Notes under the pieces: model-generated
The model's input: the letters and a program-made list of their open reading frames with translations, nothing else
What the model was told of the DNA's origin: nothing
Database searches by the model: none
Virus record (IMG/VR): IMGVR_UViG_3300024581_001758
Location: 1 to 36,899 of that record
DNA length: 36,899 bases
From: a virus
Reading direction: 5' to 3' (one strand)
In this document: positions 1-9,922 of the stretch, one piece after another
How positions within the stretch are numbered: position 1 is the first letter of the stretch
How the letters are laid out: each line of letters opens with the position of its first letter
Translations under genes and position numbers: made by a program

Positions 1-99
1 CTCGGCGTGATTACCAGTAAATCGGCTTCACGTACCGCTGCGGCTTCGATGGTTTCCACTAATTCTCGGTCCGTCCACTGCTCGATATTCAGGTTATAT
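1..99. repeat. Assembly overlap: bases 1-99 are identical to 36801-36899. The contig is a closed circle with a 36,800-bp unit length.
   Basis: The first and last 99 nt (ctcggcgtgattaccagtaa...aggttatat) match exactly. The repeat lies inside an open reading frame. Confidence 0.95.
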
Positions 100-2597
100 A
101 GGCCATCATCATCGAAAGCATGGCGGCGAGCTTGGCTTCTTGCTCTAGTCAGCAAATCACCATCTAGGCCGATTTGCTTCAACTTCGCAGTATCTTCGGC
201 GTTCGTACCGCGCAATGCGCGCGCAACCCTATCGCTGAACAAGTGGCCTACGATGGTTTTGGTGACTGAGTTCCAATGCTTAGAACCGCTGGCCGTAAGG
301 ACCATATCCGCTGCTTTGTGGGCGTATTTATCGCCGCGCGTGTAGACCACGCCGTCTTCGACCTCAGTCAAGTTCGACAGGCGATAAGCCGACGCGCGTT
401 CCATGGCCGATGCCATTTTAGCTAATTGGTTTCTAGGCAGATTGGAACGGCGGATTTCGCGGCTCAACGCTGAACGGGTGAATGCCTTTGCGAATTTACC
501 TGCGCCGTTGTACGTTATGATGCGTGCCATGTCTGGGATGGATGAAATGAGCATGTTAGACAAGCTAGTAACAATGTTCCACGAACGGGCGGCGCGCAAT
601 GCAGACAGGATGCCACGATTCTCGGGATTTACTAGGCTCGGTTCTTGCGGAACGTTTAGGATTCGGTCACGCATGATTTCCAAGTCCCTGATTTCCGATT
701 GCATCTTGTCGGTCAGCTTGCCTTTCTCTCTGACCAGCTTGTTGCGTTCAGAGCCCTCGGCCTGCTCGATGCGGCGGTCTAAATTGGAAATCGCTAGTGA
801 GTACTCATCTTGAATGGCATCCAACTGTTCTTTCATTCTAAAATCGCCGAACTGCTCTTGCATGCGGACGCGCGGCGAAAGTGACTTGGTATATCCCTCG
901 AACAACGCTTCCCAATCTTTGACTAGATAGTCTTCCAAGAATGAATCCTTGACGTCCACACGCTGTTTAGTCTCGGCTGCGCCTGACGGGCCGATGTTGT
1001 AGTGCAAATCGCCGTTTCTAAAATTGATGATTTTCTCGTAGATGTCGCTCGCGATTTCATAGGCATCGGTCGGGTCGATTGGGTTTTCGCCATTGCGGAA
1101 TCGTTGGTCGTTAAGGCCATTAATCCACGCGCGCTTGAATCCCTCGGGGTCGTTTCGGACCACATTTAGGTCGTATCGACGTGTCATGTACGATTCACTA
1201 GTGGTCGAGCGAATGGGCTCGGGAACACCGTCGACCTCTCTAAATGTTCCCTCTACGCGCGCCGCCGCCGCATTTTCCCATAGTTTGTCCATATCACGGC
1301 GGAGTAATGCCGCTGCTTGTTCCACTTCTGGGAATTGCGACCTATCGCCTCGGCGCATGGCGTTCACGAGTTCAGTGTTGAACGTAATTTCACTTAGGCC
1401 ATGCGATTTGATGAACTTGTTCTGCAGGTCGCGGACGTTGATGGTAGTCTCAGCTGCCTTGGCGTAGTCCAATTTGACTAGCGATTCCACCGATGTCGGG
1501 GCGGCGTCGCCTTGCAGCCTGATGCCTGACTCAGCCAACTTTTGTACAGTTTGGCGTACTTTAGTGTTTGCTGATTGAAGTGTGCGGCCCAGAGGCGTAA
1601 CCTTAGACATAGTAGCCGCTAAGCGACTCAATGGATTGGTTTTGCTTATTTCAGCACCCGTGGGTTCGGTCACTGCGGCCGCGCCTGCTGGTCTGTGGCC
1701 GCCCATTACTTCCTCAGCCAATGCTTCGCGCTGTGGTTTGGTCAGGCTCTGAGCAATGCCGCCTAATACGCCATCTAACACTGCGCCGCCGATGATGTTG
1801 GCAGCAGACTCACCAGCAGTTCTGGTGATTTGGGTGGAGTGCAACAGCGTCTCGGCCGCTGAATTAGCTGCAATGCCCGTGTACACAAAATCGGCCACTT
1901 GGCCGCCCTTGGCAACAGGGAACATCATGGCAGCTAGATTGATTGGGTCGGTCACGCCCGCAGCCATTGAAGCGATGAAGCCCTCAAATCCGCCTTGTGC
2001 CAGAATTTGGCGATTCGCCATTTCGTCATCTATTCGAGACTTCAACAGCGCTGTTTCTTCTGGACTGCGGCTAGCTGCAAATGCTTGGTAGAATTGCTCA
2101 TATCCGTCGATATCAGTAGTGCCATCCTCGCGCTTGTCAAATGGGTTGTAGCCCTCAACGGCTGGGAATTGATCGCGGCCCAATTGGGTCATTATCGAGC
2201 CTGCCGTGTTTTCGGTAACAAAAGCCGCACCCCATATCGCGGATGAACTAGCGTTCGACGACTGCGCAAATCGGCGTGCTTTGTCATCACGTAGCTTCAT
2301 ATCCGCCATAGTCTGGTACTGGGTCTGGATATAGTCGCTCTCGCGTTCGAGGTAGGACTTCTCTGGTGCGGGGGCGGGCTCTGGCGCGGGGGTCGGTACA
2401 TCGGCCGCACTCTCGGGAGCGAGGGCCGTCGGGGCGACGGGAGAAGCCGTCACAGATGGCTCGTCAGACCCGAATCGGTCCAACAACTTGTTCAGTTGGT
2501 CTTGGTTGATTGGCAACTCGGCTGCTTCGTCCTCAATCATCCTGCGCGTATATCCGCGGTTTTTAAGGTCATCAGCTATTTCGTTGATATCAGCCAT
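1..2597 (-). CDS. Large internal virion / DNA-ejection protein (T7 gp16 position), 5' part. The ORF runs through base 1 and continues at 36800..36245 across the circular junction (3,153 nt, 1,050 aa in total).
   Basis: The ATG at 2597-2595 (MADINEIADDLKNRGY...) overlaps the TAA of the upstream gene (TAATG). The frame appears open down to base 1, inferred because the complete-ORF track lists no ORF in this frame here and from spot translation. The frame (coordinate mod 3) matches ORF 36245..36859 through the 99-nt overlap. It is the third of three genes following the nozzle gene. Confidence 0.7.
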   Translation of the reverse strand, partial: MADINEIADDLKNRGYTRRMIEDEAAELPINQDQLNKLLDRFGSDEPSVTASPVAPTALAPESAADVPTPAPEPAPAPEKSYLERESDYIQTQYQTMADMKLRDDKARRFAQSSNASSSAIWGAAFVTENTAGSIMTQLGRDQFPAVEGYNPFDKREDGTTDIDGYEQFYQAFAASRSPEETALLKSRIDDEMANRQILAQGGFEGFIASMAAGVTDPINLAAMMFPVAKGGQVADFVYTGIAANSAAETLLHSTQITRTAGESAANIIGGAVLDGVLGGIAQSLTKPQREALAEEVMGGHRPAGAAAVTEPTGAEISKTNPLSRLAATMSKVTPLGRTLQSANTKVRQTVQKLAESGIRLQGDAAPTSVESLVKLDYAKAAETTINVRDLQNKFIKSHGLSEITFNTELVNAMRRGDRSQFPEVEQAAALLRRDMDKLWENAAAARVEGTFREVDGVPEPIRSTTSESYMTRRYDLNVVRNDPEGFKRAWINGLNDQRFRNGENPIDPTDAYEIASDIYEKIINFRNGDLHYNIGPSGAAETKQRVDVKDSFLEDYLVKDWEALFEGYTKSLSPRVRMQEQFGDFRMKEQLDAIQDEYSLAISNLDRRIEQAEGSERNKLVREKGKLTDKMQSEIRDLEIMRDRILNVPQEPSLVNPENRGILSALRAARSWNIVTSLSNMLISSIPDMARIITYNGAGKFAKAFTRSALSREIRRSNLPRNQLAKMASAMERASAYRLSNLTEVEDGVVYTRGDKYAHKAADMVLTASGSKHWNSVTKTIVGHLFSDRVARALRGTNAEDTAKLKQIGLDGDLLTRARSQARRHAFDDDGLYNLNIEQWTDRELVETIEAAAVREADLLVITP

Positions 2598-4654
2598 TAG
2601 AATGTGCTCCCGCCTATTTCGCCTCGGGCGATTCTTGCTCTCTGCTCAAGTGCCGATTCACGGGCCGTTTGAGCTTCTTTTAAGATTTTGTCCCTGCGTT
2701 GATTAGCTGCAGACTCGGCATCCCACTCGAATCGGCCCAGACGTTCAATGGTCTGGGTTTCTTCGTCGGTCACAACGTAGGCCATGTATGTCGGCTTCTG
2801 GCCTCGGCGCAATTGGATTTCAGTTAACGAGTCAGAACGAATTACCACGTCGCTGGCAGTAAATTCTCGGCCGTAGTGCTCCGAGAATTGCTTCAATGGC
2901 TCGGCGTACGTCGTGCGGATACTACTGCGCACCTGTTTGGTCGGACCAACAGGCGGATTTTTCATCAGTTCATAATCGCCGTTGATGTCGGTTAAAGACC
3001 ATTTGCGCGACAAAGTGTTGAATGCCGTGCGTCTCGACGCTTCGACGTTGAAGCCATTGGTCGGCATGTTCTTTTGCACTAGAGCATCGAATTCAGATTG
3101 CATGAACGCTGGCACTTCTGGCGTAAACACTGACCAAGGAATGTCGTAGCTTGGCTGGTCGGACACCATATCAGCCAATGAATCAACGTTCGCAGTAGAT
3201 ATTTCAGTTGATTGTTGACGCAGTGCCGTACGCTGGGTCGGCGATAGGGCGTCGTAATTAACAACCGTCTCGACTGCCGATGGCAAATCCATACCCAATT
3301 GGAGGTTAGCTGCTACTTTCTCTACGAAATCAACATCGCCCTCTTTGAAATCTGCCAGTGCGCGCGGCGCTGTCTCTTGCGCCACGATAAATAGCTCAGC
3401 CGCTTCCTGCAGGTTCGGTGCGTCGGCCCTGTTGGCCGAGCGGAACATGCTGGCAATCGGCTTCGGCACGACTTGAAATTCGGTCATGATTTGCTTAGCC
3501 GCGTCGAATGGCGGCATTGTGCGCGCGTATTCTTCAAATCGTGCGTCCACTGCTTTTCGCGCGTCTTTGTCCTTAGGGTCGATGCCATAGCCCTGTTTGG
3601 CAATGCGGTCCAAATCGACCATTGTGGCCGTCTGCTTTTCACGGTCCGCCTGCGCTCTGTTGATTGCGGTCATCATGCGGGTACGTTCGTTGCCGTCGAT
3701 GAGCTTGCGGTCGAACATATCTTGGACATGAGAGCCGTCGATAGTCGGATTGCCTGCGTTAATCTCTGTCCAAGTCATCGAAACAGCTAACTGTTTAGCG
3801 CGCTCTTCTTCTTCTAGCGCGGCTGTGTTAGCCTGTCGAATAGCGGATTCGAGAGACGTCGCTTTGGCTAAACGCTGAGTGTTAGACAGGTTAGATTGGG
3901 CATCAGTATCGCGGAGGGTCTTGACTGCCTCTTGCATCTCGTCTATCATAGTTGGGTCATTAGAACCCTCTAGGATAAGACCATCGTAATAAGTGTTCTC
4001 TTGCGCAGTCTGCAGGCCGCTAATCGTTCTTTGTCTAAGTTCAGGGTCGTCGATTTCGCGCGCTAATTCAATACCAACGCCGAATTGGCCATTGTCCGCT
4101 GCCGTTTGGATTTCGGCTTGCAACTGTTTGGCTACGTAGCGTTCTTGCTCTGCGCGCGACTGCTTCAGCCTAGAGACGTAAGATTGGTTGATTTGCATTT
4201 CCGCGTTCTGCAGGAAAGCTTTCTTGGCTTCAGGGTCGTCAATGCCTGAAGCCGCAGACTCAGCAAAATTACTGGCGAATCTGCGATACAATTCTGGCGC
4301 TACTTCATATGATGGGATTTCAGCGCGCTCAACGTCCATCATTTGGCCGTCGTCACCCGTTACGCGTTCGGTGCGGCGAATATCGATGCTCTGGGGTAAC
4401 TCTTCGGCCGAGTAAGAATCTCGGCCGCCGTATTGCTCTTCGAATCGAACCATTGCGCGGTTCATCTGCAGGCCCGCTTCGCGTTCTTGCTGTCGGGTTC
4501 TCTCTCTCTGGAGTTCGCCCATTATTTCAGTGACGCCGCCGATGGCTTGATTGGCAAGCGCGGTTATCTGTTGCGCCTCGCGCACTGGAGCGTTCGGGTC
4601 TTGCAGGGCCAGTCTTTGGACCGACCCTCTTCCTATTCTAGGTAATTGGGGCAT
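2597..4654 (-). CDS. Internal virion protein (T7 gp15 position), 685 aa
   Basis: Long alpha-helical, Gln/Glu/Ala-rich ORF. Its start and stop are coupled to both neighbours. The call rests on position between the gp14-like and gp16-like genes, not on a recognised catalytic motif. Confidence 0.6.
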   Translation of the reverse strand: MPQLPRIGRGSVQRLALQDPNAPVREAQQITALANQAIGGVTEIMGELQRERTRQQEREAGLQMNRAMVRFEEQYGGRDSYSAEELPQSIDIRRTERVTGDDGQMMDVERAEIPSYEVAPELYRRFASNFAESAASGIDDPEAKKAFLQNAEMQINQSYVSRLKQSRAEQERYVAKQLQAEIQTAADNGQFGVGIELAREIDDPELRQRTISGLQTAQENTYYDGLILEGSNDPTMIDEMQEAVKTLRDTDAQSNLSNTQRLAKATSLESAIRQANTAALEEEERAKQLAVSMTWTEINAGNPTIDGSHVQDMFDRKLIDGNERTRMMTAINRAQADREKQTATMVDLDRIAKQGYGIDPKDKDARKAVDARFEEYARTMPPFDAAKQIMTEFQVVPKPIASMFRSANRADAPNLQEAAELFIVAQETAPRALADFKEGDVDFVEKVAANLQLGMDLPSAVETVVNYDALSPTQRTALRQQSTEISTANVDSLADMVSDQPSYDIPWSVFTPEVPAFMQSEFDALVQKNMPTNGFNVEASRRTAFNTLSRKWSLTDINGDYELMKNPPVGPTKQVRSSIRTTYAEPLKQFSEHYGREFTASDVVIRSDSLTEIQLRRGQKPTYMAYVVTDEETQTIERLGRFEWDAESAANQRRDKILKEAQTARESALEQRARIARGEIGGSTF

Positions 4655-5079
4655 TACGTGCCTCCAAATATCGATTTAGCCGCACTCTGAGCGCCGCCGA
4701 TGAAACTTTGGATGCCGCCGATAGTGGCAGTGCGGGAGGCCGAACTAGCGCCCTCTCTAGCTAAATCTTTACGTGTTTCGGCTGCGCGTCTGATGAAAGC
4801 CATTTGCTTGTTGGCCTCTGCCTGCTGCTCGGCCATAAATGTTTGGAACGAGCCCGATTGGGCTGACACTCCGCTTGCGCCCCGTGCCGCGCGCGCCATA
4901 TCGAGGGTCGCTTCGGTCTCGCGGCCGAATCTGCGCAAGTCTTCGTCCGTCTCTTCGTTGATTAGGCTGACGTTTAGCCTGCCGATTTTTCTAGCGCTGC
5001 TGGCAGCCTTCAAACCAGAAAACAAGCCAATAGCGCCACTGCCAGCGGCAAGTGCCCCTAATGCTAGACCTAGTGCCAT
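4654..5079 (-). CDS. Small internal virion / membrane-associated protein (T7 gp14 position), 141 aa
   Basis: Gly/Ala-rich hydrophobic N-terminus (MALGLALGALAAGSGAIGLFSGL). The gene lies directly after the nozzle gene and its start/stop codons overlap both neighbours. Confidence 0.5.
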   Translation of the reverse strand: MALGLALGALAAGSGAIGLFSGLKAASSARKIGRLNVSLINEETDEDLRRFGRETEATLDMARAARGASGVSAQSGSFQTFMAEQQAEANKQMAFIRRAAETRKDLAREGASSASRTATIGGIQSFIGGAQSAAKSIFGGT

Positions 5080-7241
5080 TACACATTCTCCTGATTTAAT
5101 TCGCCGAATATGCCCGAAATTCGAGTCTTAATCGGCAGTGTTTGGGTAATCGTAATCTTACCGTCGCCCCAGCCCACGTTGCGGACCGTGACGTCAAAAT
5201 CTCTATACGGCTCAGGTGCATCCATAGGCGTTTCAGTACTGCGCTCTGGTGCGGCTAGGCCGTTGATAAGTGGAGACAAACTAGAGAACAATCTCAGCGT
5301 TATCTTGTTCCAACGTTTTGTATGCCCCATGGCTGAGCCTCTCATTGAACCGTAGTCGGGAGCTAGTGTAACTAGCGTTGCCTCAATAGGCAGTCCCACC
5401 TGAATCTCTGTACCCTCCCATTGTACCACACCAGACCCATTTTCGTCAAGTATTAAGTCAGGATGGACAGCACCGTCGACAACTACCGAAACAGTGCGGC
5501 CAGCTAGGTGCGAAAGGTCGGTAATTGCAGTACTAGGCGATGGGTGCAGGATGGTAGAGGATGCATCGGAAACTGCGGAGTCGTCTAGGATTTCAAGACG
5601 CACTGTGTTGTTTCTTCGGACCAGTAGGTACAATTTGCTGCCCTCACTGGTCTCAAGGACGGCGGTACTAAGTACCGTGCCGTCGGTGATGTGACGATGC
5701 CAGCCCAATAATTCACTGTATGGCTCGAAAGTACAACCCAACACAGCGCCGTCAGATGTGGTGCACCAGATGATTGATTCAGGGTCTTTGGCATATGATA
5801 TCTCAACGATTCGATCCTGTTCCGTCAGATGTTCGGCCGAGAAAGTCAAATCTCTTGAAACCCAAGACTGCTCGTTCCAGCGATAGCTCGTGGAACGCAA
5901 TTTGCGACCGTCGATAGATGAATATAGCACCATATTACCTATTGGTTCGCTCGAAACGCGCGCGCCGCCATTGGCCGACTGTTGCTCAACCAAGATGTCA
6001 CTGGGTGTTATCACGCCGCCGCTGGCAGTAACGATATACTCACCATTGGTAGTGCCGATGATCAAATTGCGTAGCCCCTCCATCCATTGGATTCGGCCTC
6101 GACGGGACAATATGAATGAGAGGGCATCGTCTGCGTTAGCGCCTGTGGTCAAGTCCTCGTAAGAACCCGTCTTGGAGGCAACAAAAGCGGCGGGCGTCCC
6201 TGCTGCGCCACCCCACCAACTACGGTCTTGGAAAAATGTTAATGCCGTGGGCCAGCTGCCATCAACCCATTCAGCGGGTGCGGCAGTGAACGCCACTGGG
6301 CCGAAATCCCAACTAGCAGTACCGACGTCGTACTCCAGCTTCTGCGGCGCAATGTCACCACTAAGTATGTACATGACATTACCACTCGGTGACATCACTG
6401 CGGATAGCGATTTGACCGCAGAAACGGACCACGGGTGGGTAAATTGGACCTGCTCCGACGACAGCGAATCAAAGCGAACGGTAACTTGCTCGATGTCTCG
6501 GGTGTCGGTTACTGTGAACAGCGGCTGCCCCGTTTCATCATCAACAATCTCTTCGTAATCCCCCGCTTCTAGTAAGACATTGACCCACACCGTTGAATTA
6601 GTGCCAGAATCGAACGCCACGGAAAGCGAAGATGTCGGAGCAAGTATGTCGCTAGCGCCCTGAGTCGTGCCGACGGAAATCAAGACATTCGGCGAGATAT
6701 TGAAATCGGAGGGTCTAGGACTGACGACTTGAATGAGGTGATCGGTGTTCTGTTCCACGGTTAATTGCTGAGACACTCCCGTGTCGACGGTTTCGTCAGC
6801 CGTAATTCTGGCCGAATCCCCGTTAAAACTAACGTTGCCCGCTGCGCCAACGATGCTCCATCCCGCACTGCCAGAATCGAACGACGGATTAGAAACAACA
6901 TTCTGGCCCTGAGCGGCGCTAGTCGTACCGAATACGGTCAGGTCAGCACCGTCAATGACCACGGGGAATCCCTCGCCTAAGTCGGAATCGGGCGACAATT
7001 GGAACGAGAATAGTTTGCCTGCTGATTGGCTGCCGAACGATTGAACATGGCGGAATCCACCACGGATTTCCATGGGGCCGTGGCGCAGGGCTACGAAGTT
7101 CACGGCATCGGCGACGCCAGATTTGTACTCGGCCACATCGGACCGAGAATGCAAACGCGGGGAGAGTATCCCCGCAGTAAAATCGTTCTGAATCGGTAAT
7201 ATCTTAGGCATACCAAATCGCCCACTTGAACGTGCGGCCAT
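5079..7241 (-). CDS. Tail tubular protein B (nozzle, T7 gp12-like), 720 aa
   Basis: N-terminus PKILPIQNDFTAGILSPRLHSRSDVAEYKSGVADAVNFVALRHGPMEIRGGF is typical of podovirus tubular protein B. Size and synteny after the gp11-like gene also fit. An alternative start at 7211 (MPKILP) would reduce the overlap with the upstream gene. Confidence 0.75.
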   Translation of the reverse strand: MAARSSGRFGMPKILPIQNDFTAGILSPRLHSRSDVAEYKSGVADAVNFVALRHGPMEIRGGFRHVQSFGSQSAGKLFSFQLSPDSDLGEGFPVVIDGADLTVFGTTSAAQGQNVVSNPSFDSGSAGWSIVGAAGNVSFNGDSARITADETVDTGVSQQLTVEQNTDHLIQVVSPRPSDFNISPNVLISVGTTQGASDILAPTSSLSVAFDSGTNSTVWVNVLLEAGDYEEIVDDETGQPLFTVTDTRDIEQVTVRFDSLSSEQVQFTHPWSVSAVKSLSAVMSPSGNVMYILSGDIAPQKLEYDVGTASWDFGPVAFTAAPAEWVDGSWPTALTFFQDRSWWGGAAGTPAAFVASKTGSYEDLTTGANADDALSFILSRRGRIQWMEGLRNLIIGTTNGEYIVTASGGVITPSDILVEQQSANGGARVSSEPIGNMVLYSSIDGRKLRSTSYRWNEQSWVSRDLTFSAEHLTEQDRIVEISYAKDPESIIWCTTSDGAVLGCTFEPYSELLGWHRHITDGTVLSTAVLETSEGSKLYLLVRRNNTVRLEILDDSAVSDASSTILHPSPSTAITDLSHLAGRTVSVVVDGAVHPDLILDENGSGVVQWEGTEIQVGLPIEATLVTLAPDYGSMRGSAMGHTKRWNKITLRLFSSLSPLINGLAAPERSTETPMDAPEPYRDFDVTVRNVGWGDGKITITQTLPIKTRISGIFGELNQENV

Positions 7242-7623
7242 TCAGATTAGAAGCGTCTACGATGCGCACTTGGATGTTGCCGCTGCCGTTGACGTAGTAC
7301 TGGAAATGGAAATTATTAGAGTCAGTGAAATTGGGGGGCATAAACTCGGCATCGTTGTCGGTGCTATACTCAGCGCCGATAGACACGGCATGGATGGTAT
7401 CGGAAGACGACAGCCCCGTGGTGATAACAAAGTCTGCTGCGGGGTCAGCCGCCGTGACAGTGCCTTTCGCAATCTTAAGCCCGCGCGCGTCCGATACCCA
7501 AGAGTCAATACTATCCGTCAAGTCGTTCATCACCTGCCTGAATTCGGCAGCCGTTGCTTGACCGCCGTCGTCAAAAGTGGTGGCAAGGTTGGCTATCCAA
7601 TCTGCTTTTGTACGTACTGTCAT
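7204..7623 (-). CDS. Hypothetical virion-module protein, 139 aa
   Basis: ORF embedded between the adaptor and nozzle genes. Its ATG overlaps the upstream stop (ATGA-type coupling at 7620-7623). Confidence 0.6.
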   Translation of the reverse strand: MTVRTKADWIANLATTFDDGGQATAAEFRQVMNDLTDSIDSWVSDARGLKIAKGTVTAADPAADFVITTGLSSSDTIHAVSIGAEYSTDNDAEFMPPNFTDSNNFHFQYYVNGSGNIQVRIVDASNLNGRTFKWAIWYA

Positions 7624-8015
7624 GCTGTTCTCCAGTCATTGAGTAAAAAATCAGCCGCGGAAAAATCAGTAGGCTGCAACGAGGGCAGCCCAGTTGTCAC
7701 GAAATCGGAAGCTAGAAAATCAGCGGCCAAGAAATCGGTGTTACCTACTCGGGGGTCGCCTAGTCTGAGGAATTCATATCCCATTGTCATGCGCGCGCCC
7801 GTGAGACCCAATTTCCTCAACAAAGCGTTTTTGCGATCGACTAACGAACCTTGCGGTATCAATTCTAGGTCTAGGTACTCATGCCAAGCGTCGTGTAAGC
7901 AAGGAGAGGTCGCGCCGCGCTTGTGTAGCCACTGTAATTCCATATCAGGCTCAGAGCCCGCTATGCCTAATTGGGAGTTGATGTATTTTTGCTTGCGGTC
8001 ATTCAAGGCATCCAT
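7620..8015 (-). CDS. Hypothetical virion-module protein, 131 aa, with a repeated (A)DFL motif near the C-terminus
   Basis: Its start overlaps the stop of the adaptor gene at 8015. It contains the internal repeat DFLAADFLASDFV...DFSAADFLLNDW. Confidence 0.55.
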   Translation of the reverse strand: MDALNDRKQKYINSQLGIAGSEPDMELQWLHKRGATSPCLHDAWHEYLDLELIPQGSLVDRKNALLRKLGLTGARMTMGYEFLRLGDPRVGNTDFLAADFLASDFVTTGLPSLQPTDFSAADFLLNDWRTA

Positions 8016-8602
8016 TACCGTCTCCTAGCAGTGATTAGCCTGCTTTTCCGAATCGTGCTGCTTCGGCCTTGCATGCCATCGGTAGTAGCCGCTTTGGCTA
8101 ATTCCATCTCGTACAGGCTCAGCAGGTCATTGGACATGCCGCGGTTCTGAGTTAAGGGGACACAAATCTTATGTGCGAGGTATGTGGCCACTGCCTCAAT
8201 AAAGCCCGCAGTGAACTTGTTCGGGTCTTCAACACGCGCCAAATAACGACACCACAACTGCTCGGAGTCGGCTACGATAGTTTCGCCCTCTTTATGCCAG
8301 TCGAGGCCATTGATGTCAAGTGCGGTGTAATCAGGACCATCGTAGCAATTCAATACCCGAATCGCATCGGACGGCACTTGGAATTGGGCTGGGTAGCCAA
8401 AATTAGGGGAGCGAGAAACCTGAGCAAGTTCGCGGCGGGTAACTGCAAAGGTCCATTCGCGCTCCCCCAAAACTTTGTCGCGGGCGAATTGGTAGTGCAG
8501 CGAACATTGTGCCGCCTCTTCTGTCGAGTCGTTTAGACTCACTATACGCCCGCCGCCTACGTGGGAAAGAGCGATGTTGCATATGTCTACTACACTAGCC
8601 AT
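8015..8602 (-). CDS. Tail tubular protein A / head-tail adaptor (T7 gp11-like), 195 aa
   Basis: N-terminal pattern ICNIALSHVGGGRIVSLNDSTEEAAQCSLHYQFARDKVLGEREWTFA parallels T7 gp11 (VNDILASIGEPPVSTLE...[20 protein letters not shown]). The length is about that of gp11. Confidence 0.7.
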   Translation of the reverse strand: MASVVDICNIALSHVGGGRIVSLNDSTEEAAQCSLHYQFARDKVLGEREWTFAVTRRELAQVSRSPNFGYPAQFQVPSDAIRVLNCYDGPDYTALDINGLDWHKEGETIVADSEQLWCRYLARVEDPNKFTAGFIEAVATYLAHKICVPLTQNRGMSNDLLSLYEMELAKAATTDGMQGRSSTIRKSRLITARRR

Positions 8603-8609
8603 GTATCAC

Positions 8610-8924
8610 CTACTTATTGACCTTTGGCGCTGCGGTTGTTTTAGCTGGAGAAGCTTTCATTTCGGCTTCAATTTCCGCACGGATTTCAGCACGTAGTTTA
8701 GCTTCGGCCTCAGCTTTTGCCGCTGCTGCTGCTGCTTCTGCAGCTTTTGCCTGCTTGGCTGCGTTGGCTTTGTCTGCTTTATCTTCGTCTAGGAAGTGCT
8801 TAGCCCACGATTCTACGGATTCTTTCTGGATTAGTAGCGCGCGCGAGATTTCTTCTGGACTATGGCCAGCAAGAGTCATGCGCTTGATTTCATTTCTGTC
8901 TGATGGGTTCGGTGCGAATTTCAT
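8610..8924 (-). CDS. Hypothetical protein, 104 aa: HTH-like N-terminus plus an Ala/Lys/Glu-rich tail
   Basis: GHSPEEISRALLIQKESVESWAKHF is followed by AKQAKAAEAAAAAAKAEAEAKLRAEIRAEIEAEMK. The gene lies between the capsid and adaptor genes. Confidence 0.55.
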   Translation of the reverse strand: MKFAPNPSDRNEIKRMTLAGHSPEEISRALLIQKESVESWAKHFLDEDKADKANAAKQAKAAEAAAAAAKAEAEAKLRAEIRAEIEAEMKASPAKTTAAPKVNK

Positions 8925-8935
8925 GGCCGCCTCAC

Positions 8936-8959
8936 AAAATTGTGGGGGCTAATGCCCCC
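8936..8959 (-). terminator. Hairpin (possible attenuator/terminator) immediately downstream of the major capsid gene
   Basis: The minus strand reads GGGGGC-atta-GCCCCC followed by acaATTTTg. It lies in the 42-nt gap between the capsid stop (8967) and the next ATG (8924). Confidence 0.5.
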
Positions 8960-8966
8960 GTTAATA

Positions 8967-9830
8967 TTACGCGATCGCGTCTTTCAAGTGGATACGTACT
9001 ACGTGTTCATCTTCAACGCGTACTGCGCCAAGAGTCATCATCGTGTACAGACGCATTAAGAATGACTTAGTTGGGTCTTCACCAGCTTTGGCAGTGATGT
9101 CACGGTTCATCTGCATGCCGATACCTCGGCGAGTGAACGATAAACAATCAATCTGGCCTGCAGATGGTGCTTGTAGTCGAGTAGACACGACCCAATCGAA
9201 GCCCATCCAGTTAGGCAGTACGCCCGTTGCTAGAGCTTTCGAATTTTGGTAATCACCCGATGTAACTTCCATCAACTGCATTAGCTTGCGCTGCTGAGTC
9301 GGACCGATAACCATGATAGGACGCTCGTCCATGTGGATATCGTTTGAGTAGTACTTTTCTTGAGTCTCAAGAACCGTATCAATCGAGATTACGCCCGTAC
9401 CGTCGCCTACGACTTGCGAAGCAGGAAGAGTAGAAGTAGTACCGTCGCCATTAAGCGCAGTACCAGTAGCTGCAGCGATGATGATATCGTCTTGTTTACG
9501 ACGCATAGACATCGCTAAGTTTTGAGCGTAGTTTGAATTAGGGTCTACCAACATTTGCACGAGGTCTTCAGGCTCAACAGTATCGCCGTTGTGGAACGTG
9601 CTAGCCTGCGATACGCGGCGTGACCACGGGGTGTCAGCTTCTGGTGTTGCTGTACGCGCAGACGTTTTTTCCACTGCATCTGATGCGCCTAAGCGTTCCC
9701 AGTTGTGGGCAGCTGATTGAGTTGAGATTTCGGTTACGTATGGACGTAGGCGAGCAACTGATTGCTGCGCAAGGTGGCGCACATTTCGCTCGAACGTCTC
9801 GATATAGGCTTGGTCAATTGTAATAGCCAT
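8967..9830 (-). CDS. Major capsid protein, 287 aa
   Basis: Synteny is portal-scaffold-capsid. The N-terminal pattern MAITIDQAYIETFERNVRHLAQQSVARLRPYV...DPNSNYAQNLAMSMRRKQDDIIIAAATG is typical of podovirus HK97-fold capsid proteins. The gene has its own strong promoter and a downstream hairpin. Confidence 0.85.
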   Translation of the reverse strand: MAITIDQAYIETFERNVRHLAQQSVARLRPYVTEISTQSAAHNWERLGASDAVEKTSARTATPEADTPWSRRVSQASTFHNGDTVEPEDLVQMLVDPNSNYAQNLAMSMRRKQDDIIIAAATGTALNGDGTTSTLPASQVVGDGTGVISIDTVLETQEKYYSNDIHMDERPIMVIGPTQQRKLMQLMEVTSGDYQNSKALATGVLPNWMGFDWVVSTRLQAPSAGQIDCLSFTRRGIGMQMNRDITAKAGEDPTKSFLMRLYTMMTLGAVRVEDEHVVRIHLKDAIA

Positions 9831-9922
9831 GAGAATTTCCTAGTTAAGTTAGATTGTTGTTTCATCGGACCATTTGGCTACCCGAATCTAGAATCGTGGA
9901 CCGAGCGGCTACCCACAAAAAA

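Noticed and set aside
7270-8028. A 252-aa plus-strand ORF antisense to the structural genes, together with similar antisense ORFs (for example 24787..25416 on the minus strand, 35401..35904 on the plus strand and 34141..34593 on the plus strand)
   Set aside because: These are shadow ORFs opposite long, motif-bearing genes. They have no ribosome-binding sites and biased, low-complexity composition.
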